Shown in pieces: positions 1 through 13,313 of a DNA stretch of 64,000 nucleotides. The translations under genes were made by a program, and so were the position numbers. The notes under the pieces are model-generated. The model saw only the letters and a program-made list of their open reading frames with translations. It did not search any database and was not told where the DNA came from. Source of the stretch: Felis catus (lineage: Eukaryota); contig NC_058383.1 of assembly GCF_018350175.1 (NCBI RefSeq), positions 19,470,001-19,534,000 on the forward strand, given 5' to 3'. Each line of letters begins with the position of its first letter. Positions within the stretch are counted from its first letter, which is position 1.

Positions 1-74
1 TGACACAGAACGCCAAGGCAGAAAGAACAGATCTGAAATTGACTGCATACCTGTCTTTGCGTTCCACAGACACC

Positions 75-235
75 CACTTAATGTACCACTGACATGCTGG
101 ATGCCAACAGCGGGGGAAGGCCGTATGTGTGTGCGGACAGCGGGTGTATGACACCTCTCTGTACTTTCTACTCAGTTTTGCTATCCATCTAAAATTGCTC
201 TAAACAAGCTTATTAATCAAAAAAAGAAAAAAAGA
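75..235 (+). mobile_element. Old L1 (L1MC/MD-type) 3' end fragment
   Basis: tgtaccact...ctctgtactttctactcagttttgct...ctaaaattgctctaaa then A-rich tail; resembles L1M 3' UTR. Confidence 0.65.
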
Positions 236-756
236 CCCAGAATCAGGGATCAGGTGATCTGGGTCGTTGGGCCAATTTTATCCCAACCTCCTGCCCCCTG
301 ATGCTCTGGAGCAAGAACTAGGGTGGACAGCACCCAGAAACCCTTGTCCACACCTGCCCTAGCTGTCAGTCAAGGGACTCGTCGTAGGCCTGAAGGCCAA
401 CGAGAGACGATGGCATGTCGGGTGGTAGGGCACGCGGGGCAGCACCAGGAGCCCGAAGATTGGCCTGGAGCTCGAAGGGGACAGAGAGGGTTGGAGACCA
501 GGGTGTTCTACAGAAGCAGTCCCGAGGCGAGTAGGATGCCAGTAGGAGCAAAAAGGGCCCAGAGTGAAGCTGGGGAGAGGAAAGCAGAGCTAGCCCAGGG
601 GCAAACAAGGCAGTCCCCAGAGCCTGGCTACAGCTCCTCCAATGCTAGTCAGACACATGCCAAGGGACCTGGTCCAGTGGACAGCTGACCAGTTTACGGG
701 AGCTTGGACAAGTCGCAGGATCCCACAGGATCTCTCTGGGCCATATTTTCTTCCTA

Positions 757-986
757 TTTTTTTTTTTTTTAATTAAAAAGAATTTTTTTTAACGTTTATT
801 TTTGAGAGAGACGGGGCATGAGTGGGGGAGGGGCAGAGAGAGAGGGCGACACAGAATCCGACACAGGCTCCTCCGGGCTCCGAGCTGTCAGCACAGAGCC
901 CGACGCAGGGCTCAAACCTGAGAACCATGAGATCATGACCTGAGCCGAAGTCAGATGCTGAACCGACTGAGTCACCCAGGTGCCCC
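757..986 (-). mobile_element. Carnivore tRNA-derived SINE (SINEC)
   Basis: Reverse of GGGGCACCTGGGTG head, (CT)n linker and poly-A. Confidence 0.92.
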
Positions 987-1198
987 ATTTTATTTTTAAA
1001 TTTTAAATGAGAGTTAGGCTAAATCACCTCTGGGGTTGCTTTTCATCTCTAAAATTCTGTTACGCCAACAGAGAACAGTAAGAAAAGTCTTAAGGTGGGC
1101 CATAAAAACAAAACATTAATACAAAGAACACAGAGCTTGACTACTGAATTTTGAAAGCAAATCTCTCTCCTGGAGTTCGTTAGAAGCTTCTTATTCAT

Positions 1199-1405
1199 GG
1201 GGCGCCTGGGTGGCTCAGTTGCTTAAGCAACCAACTCTTGATTTCGGCTCAGGTCAAGATCTTGCGGTTGTGGGATCGAGCTGCGCGTTGGGATCCGCCG
1301 TGAGCGTGGAGCCTGCTTGGGATTCTCTCTCTCCTTGTCTCTCTGCCTCTTCCCCACTCACGCTCATGCACTCTCTTTCTCTCAAAATAAATACATAAAC
1401 TTCAA
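1199..1405 (+). mobile_element. SINEC
   Basis: GGGGCGCCTGGGTGGCTCAG head; degenerate TSD agcttctt(a/g)ttcat. Confidence 0.9.
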
Positions 1406-2424
1406 AAGGAGCTTCTTGTTCATTAAATTGGGAAACAATTTCCTTACTTTCCAGCGAAGAAAATTCACTCTAATTATACACGCTTGTTCCCTAACGCCTG
1501 TGTCCTCAGGCCACCGAGCCCCTCTCTCTCTGTTCCAGGAAGCTCAATGTGGAGACTTCTCCTTCTCACCAAGGACGGAAGAAATGAGATTACATTGCCT
1601 CTGTCTACTGCACTTAGCTTCTCGGAGTATCTTCCTACTTATATCTCGTTTTATTCTCATGACAGTCAGGGAGGGAGGTGGAAGAAGGTGACATTAATAT
1701 CAATAAATGCTGCTTGCAAAATTAAGGGGGTGTTCCCCTGCATTTTGCAAGGTGACCTGTCAGCTTCAGCCATGAGACGATAAATAAGGCCAAATGTAAA
1801 TGATACACGTGTACGTCGCGTTACAAAACCGATGTGTGCCTGGGGAAAAGGGAAAAAAAAAAAAAAGGGTGTGAATGCATATAATACTACGCTCCCACTT
1901 ATGACTTCAGAGAGATTTTATCCTCACTTTGGATTTATTTTCAATGGTTCGAGGATTCTGACACTTTGGTTTTACTTTGCTCTGGAGGCAGATAATAACA
2001 TTCATCGCTGCCATTTAGAAGGGAGATGCATCTTGCCTGGATGCCAGCTTCTGAAGCCAGCAGGCGAGGGAAAACCAGCGTCAAAATTACCCTCAAAAAA
2101 GCCTTAAGCCTCCTGTGAAGTGCAGTCCACAGGACACAGCTTTTTACGTCCACTGCTGTGGACTACTTAGGATGTGAAATGTACGGTGCATGATAAAAAT
2201 ACACATGCCTGATATCATTTGATGGTATTTCTAATTAAATTATTCATATTGTAATTACTCCCTCAATTTTTCCTTTAGGGTAGAAGAAGAGTGGCAGCGG
2301 GGGAGGCTGAGGACCAGGCACCAAGTTCAAGAATGTGAATGCTCCACTGAACCGGACACCTACTACGTGCCAGGGTCAACACACAGCCTTCATCCCCTGC
2401 ATCCTCAGAACCACTCCTGCAGGT

Positions 2425-2598
2425 CAGGGGTCAGTGAACTTGTCTCGTAAAAGGCCAGACGGTAAAGATTTTGGCGAGAGAACAGCTACAGACTATATGT
2501 AAACAAATGGGCGCAACTGTGTTCCAATAAAACTTTATTCACAAATGCAGGCTGCAGGCCAGTTGTCAGCCCGGTTGGTCACAGTTTGCTGACTCTTG
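2425..2598 (+). mobile_element. MER58A-like hAT-Charlie MITE (internally deleted)
   Basis: caggggtcagtgaac...tgtgttccaataaaactttatt...gtttgctgactcttg terminal inverted repeats. Confidence 0.75.
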
Positions 2599-2618
2599 CT
2601 TTAGCTGGACAGCACCAT

Positions 2619-2747
2619 GGGGCGCTTGGGTGGCTCAGTCAGTAAAGCATCCAGCTTCAGCTCAGGTCACAATCTCACAGTTTGTGGGTTCGAGCCCTGC
2701 ATCGGGCTCTGTGCTGACAGCTCAGTGCCTGGAGCCTGCTTTCAGTG

Positions 2748-2793
<46 letters not shown>

Positions 2794-2847
2794 CCTCCCC
2801 CACTCATGCTCTCTCACTCTCTCTAAAACAATAAACATTAAAAAAAA
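2619..2847 (+). mobile_element. SINEC
   Basis: Head, (CT)n, poly-A; degenerate TSD tag(c/a)tggacag(c/t)accat. Confidence 0.92.
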
Positions 2848-3049
2848 TAGATGGACAGTACCATGCCCTTGGCACAAACCAAGGAAGAAATGAGACACAA
2901 ACTTTGAGTGAGTGATTGAGTTGCTTTTTCAAGGCCACACAAATGTATCTTGTAAGTGACAGGGCTCAGCGTGCTCCTAATCATGAGCGTCACTAACATT
3001 ATCACAATCACAAGCATGTTAATCGCTGCCATTACCATGTGAGCTCACC

Positions 3050-3300
3050 TTAGTCAGGTTTACTGTGTGCCCGGCACTGAGCTCAAGGCTAAGTACGTGA
3101 ACCAACTCATGTGCTCCTCTCAGCTACCCAAGAAACAGGCACTATTATCATCCCACTTGTCAGATGCGGTCACTGAGATCCAAAGAGGTTAGGAAGCTTG
3201 CCCAGTATCACGCAGCTAGTGACTAGAGAAGCCTCAACCTGGATCTGAGCAGTCTGGCTCCAGAGCCTACGCTCCTAACCGCTGGGCCACACTGCTCCTC
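3050..3300 (-). mobile_element. MIR
   Basis: tactgtgtgcccggcactg...attatcatcccacttgtcagatgcggtcactgag...aggaagcttgccc MIR core. Confidence 0.7.
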
Positions 3301-3779
3301 AGTCAGGGCTTTGAAGACAAGTACAAGAACACCAGAACGTGCCGGGGAGGGAGTCTGATTTAAGGAATTCTTTCTGCGACGCAGCTTTTGAGTGTACTTT
3401 GCACTCCTAGAGCAATTCATAAGGGGGTCAGATAAAAATGATTCCCCAATTATCCAAGAAGATGGCGTTGCCGGCCAGCCAGGTAAATGCCATAAAGTGG
3501 CCAAAACGGTAAGGCTCGGCATTAGACGCTCACTCCCATCTACTCAGGTGAAATGCTCAGCCTCGGCAGAGAGAGTTGGGCTTTGGAGAACAAATTCAGT
3601 GGAAAGAGGGGCCGTGCAGGGACCTCCCCAGTGCAAAGGAGCTTCGAACAAAGAGCTTGTTTCTCTCCACTGGGGTATGGTGCCGCCATGAGGTTACTCA
3701 AATGAGCCGATTTCTTCTGTTGTCCAAATACGAGGGCTTATGTTGCTCTCATTTTATATATCTCTGGAACTTTATTTAA

Positions 3780-4340
3780 ATGACAAACATCTCACTGAAA
3801 TACCACGTACTCTCACCAATCCGACTGGCAAAAATCAGAGGCTTGACAAGATAGCGTTGGCGAGAGCTAGAAAGCTGGTGGGAGCTTTGAGCATCGCTGG
3901 GGGAAGTACAAAATGACAGACTCCCTTTGGAAAGGTGTTTTGACAATATCCTCAAAAGTACGAATGCATTTTTCCTTTGGGGCTAGCAATATCGCTTCCA
4001 GGAACCTACTGTAAAGAATCACCTCCACGAATGGGAAACAAATGCACAAGGGTATTCACTGTATCACAATTTGCAATAACAACTGCTGGAAATGATGGGT
4101 GAGTCCGTCAGTAGGGACTGGCTGAATAGGGTGAATCCACAAATGAAATGGAATGCTGGAAGAAAGAATGGGCAAGGTGCTTATATATAAGACAGTCATA
4201 TGTCAAGTGAAAAAAAATCAATAGGCAGAAAGTATATGCAGGATGCGATCTTTTCTCTAAGAAAGAGGAAAAGAAGACTACATGGGTTCTGTTTGTATAG
4301 AGAACCACCCAGAGGTACATGCACAAATGCAACAGCTCAC
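3780..4340 (+). mobile_element. Ancient L1 (L1ME-type) ORF2 end / 3' UTR fragment
   Basis: aaataccac...actggcaaaaat...ctttggaaa...ctagcaat...ccaggaacctac pattern typical of the L1 ORF2 C-terminus. Confidence 0.65.
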
Positions 4341-4350
4341 TGTCACTTTT

Positions 4351-4543
4351 TCTGATGTTTATATATTTATTTTGAGGGAGAGAAAGCATGGAAGGGGCAG
4401 AGAGAGGGAGAGCGAGAGAATCCCAAGCAGGCTCCGTACGGTCAATGCAACACCCAATGCGGGCTGGAACTCATGAACCGTGAGATGATGTACAAGCCTA
4501 AATCAAGAGTCGGATGCTTAACCGACTGAACAATCCAGGGTGC
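4351..4543 (-). mobile_element. SINEC
   Basis: Reverse SINE; TSD ctcactgt(c/t)actttt. Confidence 0.88.
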
Positions 4544-6161
4544 CTCACTGTTACTTTTTATATTGTTTTGATTTTTGAATGGTTTGGACCCATTTTCTAT
4601 CGAGAAAATTAAAAGAAACTTAAAATATTAAATGTCCAAAAGCCAGATTCAAATGAAAAACAAAACCAAACCAAACAATGGGAAACGCTGTAGAATGTTC
4701 CCATGAGAGAACCTAAGAGGGTGGTCTATGGGGGGAGAGGGGAGTAGCCTCTGTGAACTTCAGCACCCCGAAGCTTTGCCGGAAAGACAACGCGATATTT
4801 TAGGAAAAAGAAAAAAGCAAGAACAAGGAAAGGAAAATCGAGACCTGTCCGGATGGGTTGCCTGGGAATCGTGGTTTCCTAGTGCTTACAGAGCATCTAC
4901 ACGCGCCACCCCCCCCCCCCCCACAACTCCATGTTCTTCCCCAGGTGAGAGCTCTTAAGATTCCCTTATCATGCACAACAAAGCCACGTGGCTCAGAGAA
5001 GCAAAGTAACTTGCCCAAGGTCACAGAGCAAGGAAGGGGAAGAACCTGGTTGACAGCCAGTCATTCTGGCTGCTAATCCAGTGCTCAGTACACCCTGGTG
5101 CCTGCCGGCACCCCCTTGTCAAGCCCAGGAATGGGAGCACCCCGCCCCCACGTGCCTTCAGCCCCATGCCAGCTTCCTGGACCTTGATCGTGACTTCCAC
5201 CTACAGCCTTGGTTTGCAAAGATACCTGTGGCAGAGTAAGGAGGCAGGGAGGCGGACCCAGAAGGCTGCCCAGCCTCAAGGGCAATCACTGTTTGGCTCC
5301 TGCCGCCTGTTTCCATGCAGGAATGCGGGCCCCGGTCTTGTTGGATCAGATTTTTCCAGAAGTCCAGTCTTAGAAGACAGCTTCTAATTTTTAAATATTG
5401 ACAATTACAAAAAAAAAAAAAAAATGTAAAGCTCTGTACAGATGCAACAAAACAGGCTTCTAGTGTCTAACCTAATAGGTAACTAGGCAGAAGACTAGAA
5501 AATTTTCCATTATTTACCTCGATGCCGCGGAACCATGGCAGGGGGGAGGGGGGCGAGGGGGAGAGCTCTTTAAGGAAATTTCATCATAGCAACAGAAATC
5601 TGTTAGACAAAAAGCGTGACTGTTTGGAAGACAGGTAAACGTGGGCTCTGCGACACACTTTCAAATTCTTTCAAATTCCCCGTGTGCTGCCTCCAGGCTG
5701 GTTCTGGGACTTGAAGTCACATTCTGTCTCCTGAAAGCCCGAAACAATATCCCTGTCACTCTTCCTTTGCATTTTCTGTGTAACTCAAATTCCCGGGACC
5801 CAGTTTACTGCCAAATTACCTGAGATAAACAAGTCATGCTAAGATCCTCTTTTCCTCTCCAAACCCAAACAGCAGCTGGCAGCTAGAAATGGTTATTTAT
5901 AACCTGCACACTGTTACGCACATTTTCTTGTGCACTTCTAAAAATGCTGAGCCGTGCATTCTTTGGCTGCCTTCGTAATTAGATGAGAGCCTGGGGACAA
6001 TGCCGTGCGGTAGCAGAGAAGGTAGGCTCTGGGTCAGCCTGTCTGGCTCAGCTTCTCAATACCTGTTTGGAAACCCCGATACCGTAATTCCATTTCGGTC
6101 TATTGTCAGTGTTAAGACAGTACAAATGAAACGATTAGAGCAGTGCCCTGCACACAGTAGG

Positions 6162-6870
6162 TGATGGGGTTGGGAGTGGGGGTGGGGATCCGGAGCTGAT
6201 GGCCAGGAAAGAATTCTTGAGATGTCTCTGGGGCAAAAAGCAGATTTATTAAAGCACGGGGACAGGGCCCATGGGCAGAAAGAGCTGCCCTGGGGTTGTG
6301 AAGAGTACTATTATATACTACGGAGTTGGAGGAGGTAACGTCAAGAGGAAGTTTCTTAAAAGGGACTTTCCATATGCTAAAGCCTCACCGATCACTGGAG
6401 GCCTAGCTATTGTCAAGCTAAGGTTGTTTTTCCCTCTAGCAAAGCATTAACATTAAGACAGTAGGGAGTTCCTGGAGAAGGTTTTACTCTGCCTGCCTCA
6501 AGTGTTTGTCACCTGGCTGCAGGTTATAAGGAAATTGAATTTGACCTGCCATTTCCTTCCTGCCTTTGTTCCCCATAACATTTTGGAGGGGAGGGTGATG
6601 TTGGGGCTCCAGGAAACAAGCCTATAGGTTTCTGGAGATTAGGCTATTGATAAGATTGCCTTTTTTCTTGTCATTTACTAAGGTATTTGTAAATGGATGG
6701 AGACTCGTGTCCTGCAGGACTGCGATCTCTATCAGTTAACCATTTGTTTTCCGTCCTTTCCTTTGTTCTTGGGCAGCCAGGAGTCCCCGAGGAATCCCAC
6801 CTGGGGTGGGGGATGGGAGGTATGCTAGCTTGTGCTTGGCCTTCGGCTTGCCTTATATGCTCCCTCATCA
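6162..6870 (-). mobile_element. ERV-type solo LTR (probably ERV1 class, carnivore lineage)
   Basis: Minus strand runs TGATGAGG...CCCCATCA; TATATAA (6311-6317) then AATAAA (6245-6250); interrupts a MIR 3' end; TSD not clear. Confidence 0.75.
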
Positions 6871-7544
6871 GAAGAGACATCAGGAGACATCCCTGGAGTC
6901 TGTGAATGAATGAACGAATGAATGACCAAATTTTTTGAATGGATAAATGCTGGGAGGACAAGAGGTAAGAGTACAAGAAGCTGTAAAGACTTCATCTTCT
7001 CTCACAATGTATTTTCCTGATCCTTCTCCCCCTGCTTTTTCTCAGATGGTGAAATGAAATATGACAAAGTGGGTTTAATACACCACTGGAGATAATTGGA
7101 AAATATTGATTTTTTTTCATTCGAAACGGTAAAGATAAGAAAGTGCCACACTTCTGTAATCTAATCAGTGGCTTATGTGACAACATGCTTCCCAGGCTAA
7201 AATGTACTTTGGTCGACCTCTGTATCCATCACACAAGTTCCCAAACGCATTCCAACTACACCCGCCAGCCCAGCCCCATCCTTCCATCCCAGCTCCTGGC
7301 TGAACACAAGTGGGGACACGGCGTTTGTGAATCTATGTGAGCACGTGTGTACACATACAAATTAAAGTGTCTTCTCAGTATTTGCGTTCCACACCCCCCA
7401 CCCCAATGATCGGCAAAACAGCCCTGGAAACCGTAAGAAATGATGCATGAGATCCCCCAGAATCCTAAAGAAAAAGATACATTCCTGCCTCTGACAGCTA
7501 ATTTTTACTGAGAACCTATTAAGTACTGGGTACCATTTTAAGAG

Positions 7545-7854
7545 CATGATTTATGTTTATTTATTTTTGAGAGAGAGAGTGGGGAAGGGGCAGAGAGAGG
7601 GGGACAGAGGATCTGAAATGGGCTCTGTGCAGCAGAAAGCTGCATGCAGGGCTCGAACTCACCAACCATGAGATCATGACCTGAGCTGAAGTTGGATGCT
7701 TAACTGACTGAGCCATCCAGGGGCTCTGTTAAGGGCTTTATTGTTTAATTTACTTTTTAAAGTAAACTTTTAAAAGTCTTTTTAAAATTTTTTTTATTTT
7801 AGAGAAAGAGAGAGAGAGAGTGCAGGAGTGGGGGAGAGGGTCAGAGGGGGGGGG

Positions 7855-7885
<31 letters not shown>

Positions 7886-8026
7886 GGGAGAGAGAGAGAA
7901 TCTCAAGCAGGCTTCACACTCAGTTCAGAGCCCGAGGCGGGGCTCGATCCCAGGACCGTGGGATCATGACCTGGGCCAAAATCAAAAGAGTCAGATGCTC
8001 AACTGACTGAGCCACCCAGGCGCCCC
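7545..8026 (-). mobile_element. Two adjacent SINECs (7545-7725, 7741-8026)
   Basis: Two reverse heads; second has TSD ttaagggcttta. Confidence 0.9.
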
Positions 8027-8519
8027 TTAAGGGCTTTAAATAGATGAATTCATGTGATTCTCACAGCAGCCTTATGACGTAGTCCTCCTATTAATCTCTA
8101 TTTTATAATTTAAGAGTCCAGGCACTGAGAGATGAAGTACCTAATCTCCCAAGGTCATGTGGCCTCAGAACCAGAACCCCCTTGGTCGGTCTCCGCACTC
8201 TGCTCCTTCCTCTCCTCTCCAAGATGAGGAAGGCTCACAGAGTGAGTACCTCTAACTTGAACAGGGAGAGCAGGAGAGCGAGTCCAATCCTCTGCCCTGG
8301 TTTTTTCAGAGTTGCCTTCTGCAGGCTTAAAATAAAATCTCCACCTCAAACCATGCAAGAGGCAGGACTTCCCACCACAAAGGCTCATCAGGAGGGAGGC
8401 TTTGCAATGGCGGCGGGGCGGGTACAGAAACGGATCCAGGCTGGTTCTCCCGCAAGTGGCCACCTTAACTCCCCAGGCCTCGGCCTCCACATCTGATAAA
8501 TGACAGCAATCAGACCAGA

Positions 8520-8735
8520 TCGGAAGTTACTCAACTGGCTGAATCCAGGCCACAGACATTTGTTTGGTCTCCATAATGTTTAAAAAATTTTTTTTTTTTT
8601 TGCAGCCAACAGCTTGGGAGATTTCACATTTTAAAATCCTGAGTTACGGAAAAAAAAAAAAAAAAAAGCCCGAGTTCTGGATTGTTTTTGAAAAACTAGA
8701 AGATCTGGCAACACCAGGCTTGCCTTCCTGCCTGG
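8520..8735. mobile_element. MER102-like hAT relic (similar relics near 5340-5420, 12230-12430, 22050-22180, 31900-32040, 34300-34540)
   Basis: Recurrent gggagatttcacat...ctggatt...tttgaaaaactagaagatctggcaaca motif or its reverse. Confidence 0.55.
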
Positions 8736-9386
8736 CAACAGTTGTCAGGAGCCGGCAGATGGCTGGTATCCTCTGGTTCCTGGCCCCCTAGCTCTCTGTC
8801 TCGCTGCCACTTTGGTCTGACAGGCTTCTCCCTACAGTAAAGATGAAAGTGAAGGTCTGTGTGTCCACACCTCTAGCAAAAGTGAGAATCATTACCATCA
8901 TCACCCTAATTGCAGCTAGCACATTTATACTTATCGTATGCCAGGTCCTGATCTAAGGGCTTTGCATCCATGAACGCATTTAATTTTCACAATAACCCCA
9001 GGAGATGGAACAATTATTATCTCTTTTCTACAGATGATGGAGGTATGGAAAAGGCTACATGCTTCAAGGAATTAGTAGACAATCGAGTCCTTTATGACAT
9101 GGAGGAATAGTCCCAGGTATGCAAAGTGTACGTAGGTGTTGAAAGAATCTGACATCAAGCAGCATAATGAAATAAACCCCAGTCACTGTGGTCATTTACA
9201 TTACCTGCCTGGACCCTGCAGGCTTCTAAACCTGTATTCCTGCACGGGATCCTCAGAGTTTGGAAATCTATCAGATTCCCTGGACTAGATCTGTTAAGTC
9301 CCTCCTGGATCTAACTGTCTGTGATTTTAGGTAGGTTCATAAAAAGGTACATAAATAGTTTGGGATTCTTGAGAGAGTGTGTGCAT

Positions 9387-9387
<1 letters not shown>

Positions 9388-9418
<31 letters not shown>
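9388..9418. repeat. (CA)n microsatellite
   Basis: Direct reading. Confidence 0.95.
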
Positions 9419-9422
<4 letters not shown>

Positions 9423-10895
9423 CGCATTGCAAGGTCACTCAGAGTTTATAAGAGTGTGGTGGTCCCTGCAGGGCTTCTGTGGTTGGTGACCAGTCATCTG
9501 TGATGCCCCACCTTCCTGCCTGGTGCTGCATTTGCCTATAACCCTCCAATGACATGTTAAGTCTCCAGAGAATCCATCAGCTACGGGGGGTCAAGGCAGC
9601 ATCAGAGTTAGAAATGAGGCAGTTGATAGGGGTGATGGTGACTCACTGGGGCAGAAAATGGAGGAAGGATAAGAATACTAGCTGAAAAATAGAGGGAGTA
9701 CAGACTAACAGAGGCCAGGGGTACAGTAAAGGTAGCCAGGTCAGGACATATTATTAGGACTGGGTTGAACTACTCCAAAGGGCAACGTCTGGGGGAAAGA
9801 GGAAGATTGAGATGCAAGGACTTTTTCCCTGCCTGCTTTATGGAGACGAGCTACCAATTCGCTAAGGGACAAATCAGTTCATCTCTTCCCTGATTATGAC
9901 GTCAGCCCAGCAAACACTCATGTACATCTCCCTGTGCCACTCCTTGGGCCAAATGTTGGGCGTATAAAGGAACAGGAGTGGGTCTCTATCCCCAAAGAGG
10001 AGAAAAGGCTCGGAACCCAACACCTGTAATACAGCATGGGACATGAGGGCTATGGGATCCCGTCATGTGGGAGGATTAATTCAGCAGGTGATGTCGGTCA
10101 CCATCATCTACAGCGTGGAGGTGACTTGAAAGAAGGAGACAGCTGGCAGGGAACACGGCAAGGGGAAGGCAGGGAGGTGGAAAAGAATATAGCGTATGCA
10201 AGAAACAGCCAGCTTTCTGAGGTGGCTTGGGCAGGGGTTAATTTTCAGGTGCCCAGAGGCTCAGGCGAATATTCTCAATGCAAGAAAAGAGCACTTGATG
10301 TCAGGTGCCACCAGCCAGAAGAGGTCAAACTGTCATCACATGTCCAAGACCAAGGGGTGACCAATGTTCAGTGCTGGGGACCAGAGCTGTTTGGGAATGC
10401 AGGCCCAGCAGGGCCAAAGCACCCTTCTATCAAGAGACTAAATAGCCCCGGTTTTTATGGGAAATCACTATTTTTAAATATGGGAAAACACATCAACGGA
10501 CCCAGTTCAGCCCAGTATAATACCTCTGGGCAGGAGGGTGGGTGGGTAGGTGGGTATCTAAATATGAGGTTAGAGACCAGGAGACCAACCAAGGGACAGG
10601 GGAAGGGAAAGACACTGTTTCCCCAGGGAAATTCTCTGATTTAAGGTGCTGTGTCTGATTTAAAGCTACAAGGGTCAAGCTGTTCAAATCCCACGGGGCA
10701 TCAGCAGTCAGTCCAGTACTATTGAGGGCAACTGATACTTCCTTACTCTTATATAAAGTGATCTGTAAACAGCACCAAGCTCCAGCTTCCAAGCAACCAT
10801 ACTGCTCCTTGTAAGCCCTCTCTTATGTGCAAACAGAGGAGCAGCCACAGAGTCAGATCTTGAGGGAGCCAAGAGCAAGGGTCAAGGGCAGTGCC

Positions 10896-10915
10896 TTTTT
10901 TTTTTTTTATTTGCT

Positions 10916-10958
<43 letters not shown>

Positions 10959-11127
10959 ATGGGCAGGGGAGGGACAGAGAAAGAGAGGGAGACAAAGAAT
11001 CTAAAGCAGGCTCCAGGCTCTGAACTGTCAACACAGAGCCCGATGTGGGGTCCGAGCCCATGAACCATGAGATCGCGACCTGGGCGGAAGTCGGCCACTT
11101 AACCGACTGAGCCACCCAGGCGTCCCC
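10896..11127 (-). mobile_element. SINEC
   Basis: TSD agggcagtgcctttt on both sides. Confidence 0.93.
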
Positions 11128-11413
11128 AGGGCAGTGCCTTTTAAACTGTTTGTTCTTCCACCAGCCTAAGAGGGAGCCTCGCCCACAGACTCATCCCCTA
11201 GATGTGACAACCTGGCGACACCCTGGCAGGGACAAGTTTGAAACAGGTCTTTGACGACATACTCTAGACATACATAAATTCTAGAGTGTGCGCTTTATTT
11301 GGCGGAGTCCTGGTTCTGCTACCTGCTGGCCATGTGGGTGCAAATGGGCCCAATTACAGTGAGTAGCATATGGGGCTGTCTCAAGTGTCAAATCGAATGG
11401 ATCCCCCATGGAA

Positions 11414-11610
11414 GGAGTCAGCAAACCTTTCCAGTGAAGGACCAGATAGAAAATACTTCCGGCTTTGTGGGCCATACGGTCTCTGTCACAACAAATCAAC
11501 TTTGCCAACGAAGCATGGAAACAGCCACAGACTGTGTGCATTTATATGCAGAGGGGGCTTAGCTATGTTCCAATAAAACTTTATTTGCAAAAGCCGGCAG
11601 TGAGGCAGAT
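11414..11610 (+). mobile_element. MER58A-like hAT-Charlie MITE
   Basis: ggagtcagcaaac...ggctttgtgggccatacggtctctgtcacaac...tgttccaataaaactttatttgcaaaa. Confidence 0.8.
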
Positions 11611-11717
11611 TCCTTTGAGAAAGGGGAAGACCTTCACGAATGTCATCTTCCAGGAACTCCCAGGTTGGATTCTAGTTATCTGTTTATGACTGGCTTTCTC
11701 ACCAAACTATGAAGTTC

Positions 11718-11941
11718 TTTTCTTTCTTTTTTTTTTTTGTTAGTTTATTTATTTCTTTTGAGAGAGACAGAGACAGAGTGAGTGGGGGAGGGGCAGAGAG
11801 AGGGAGAAAGGATCCCAAGCAGGCTCTGCACCATCAGCCCAGAGCCCTACGAGGGGCTCGAACTCACGAGCTGTTGAGATCATGCCCTGAGCTGAAACCA
11901 AGAGTTGGACACTCACCCGACCGAGCCACCCAGGTGTCCCC
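11718..11941 (-). mobile_element. SINEC
   Basis: TSD actatgaagttctt. Confidence 0.92.
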
Positions 11942-13313
11942 AGACTATGAAGTTCTTAAGGGCAGGGAATATATCCCCCCCTTTTTTTTCAGATTGAAAC
12001 TAAGTGAACAAGCATATACAGCACAGTATGCCCCACAGGAATAATTCATAAGGATTCTAACATTGCCCAAGTTAATATGAGAGTAGAATTGTTGCTTCAG
12101 ATGCCTATGGGGCCCAGGCAGGGAACGCAGGCAATGGAGGTCAGGTAGGTGGCCAGTCAGGTAGGTGCTGTGACAAATTGGAAAGGGCACCTCCCTTCTA
12201 AAAGGGTGGTCTCTGTTAGCTCTAGCTGTGAGGAGGTTGTTGCCTACAGAATTCTGATTCGGTGCTGAGAGACTTCATTGATTTTCAAAGAAAATCCCAC
12301 AATCAGATATTTATGAGAAATCTCCCAATCTTCCAATGTTGACAACTCATTCAAAAATTGAAAAAACAAAACATTATGGGCCAAGTAAACAGGATTGTGG
12401 GCTCATTCATTCGGAGGCCCCCAGTGTGTAACCTCTGACGTAAAGAATTCGTTTTCAAATTTGCTACATCTTTCTTTTTTTTTTAAGGTGAAAAATGTTG
12501 GAACTAATATGTTGAAAAAAAGAACTTTACAGGAAGTTTTAAGAGTAATACAATGAACTCCCCTTCGCCTGGATCCAGTCTCAATCATCTTGAGATCTCT
12601 GGATTCCGGTGCGCAGAAGGCACTGGAATGTGGAGTTACTAAATGAATGCCCGAAGGAAGAATAAGCAAACCGTGCTGTGCCAAGTTCCTGTAGGTTAAA
12701 ATCACAGCTGGGGATGAATACTGTGAAATAGGGAGAGGGGAGAAATGAACCTGACTCAAGGATAGGCGCAAAGAAGGAACGAAGACAGAACAGACAAAGA
12801 GATTACATGGACCACGTGTTTACTTTGCCCGCTGAATGCTTGCTTTATTTTATTTCATATCATTTTTGGCTTGGCTTATTTTACGTAGCAAGGGAAACAG
12901 ACAAATCACCAGGAGCCCAGGTGAATACCACACCAGAATGAAACAGACCAGACACGTGGATAGCATACTTCCAACAAAACCTTACTAGTTCACTCGTCAC
13001 CTGTTTTGCAGTTTGGGCTTATTTAGACAAGCTAGGTTAAATTTCATCTTGGCGTTATTAATTCTATGAGAAAGTGTACTAAGCAAATGAACAGTATGAG
13101 CAGGGGAAATGTTGAATATTTGCTCTAGGGAGAGCAAAAGCAAATGAACAGCTTTAAAATCCTTTCTAATTATGTTGATGTGCTGAACTTTTGTCTAATT
13201 ATTATGTTCCTTGAAAACTGAGTAGAAATTTTTTTTTTCCTAAACCATATTTTAAAAGCGCTGGGGGAAATGTGACTTTAACATAAAGATGAACCCTTCA
13301 GGGGCAAAAGACT

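Noticed and set aside
10036..10644. 202-aa + strand ORF
   Set aside because: No recognisable protein similarity or splice context; partly overlaps decayed L2-like sequence
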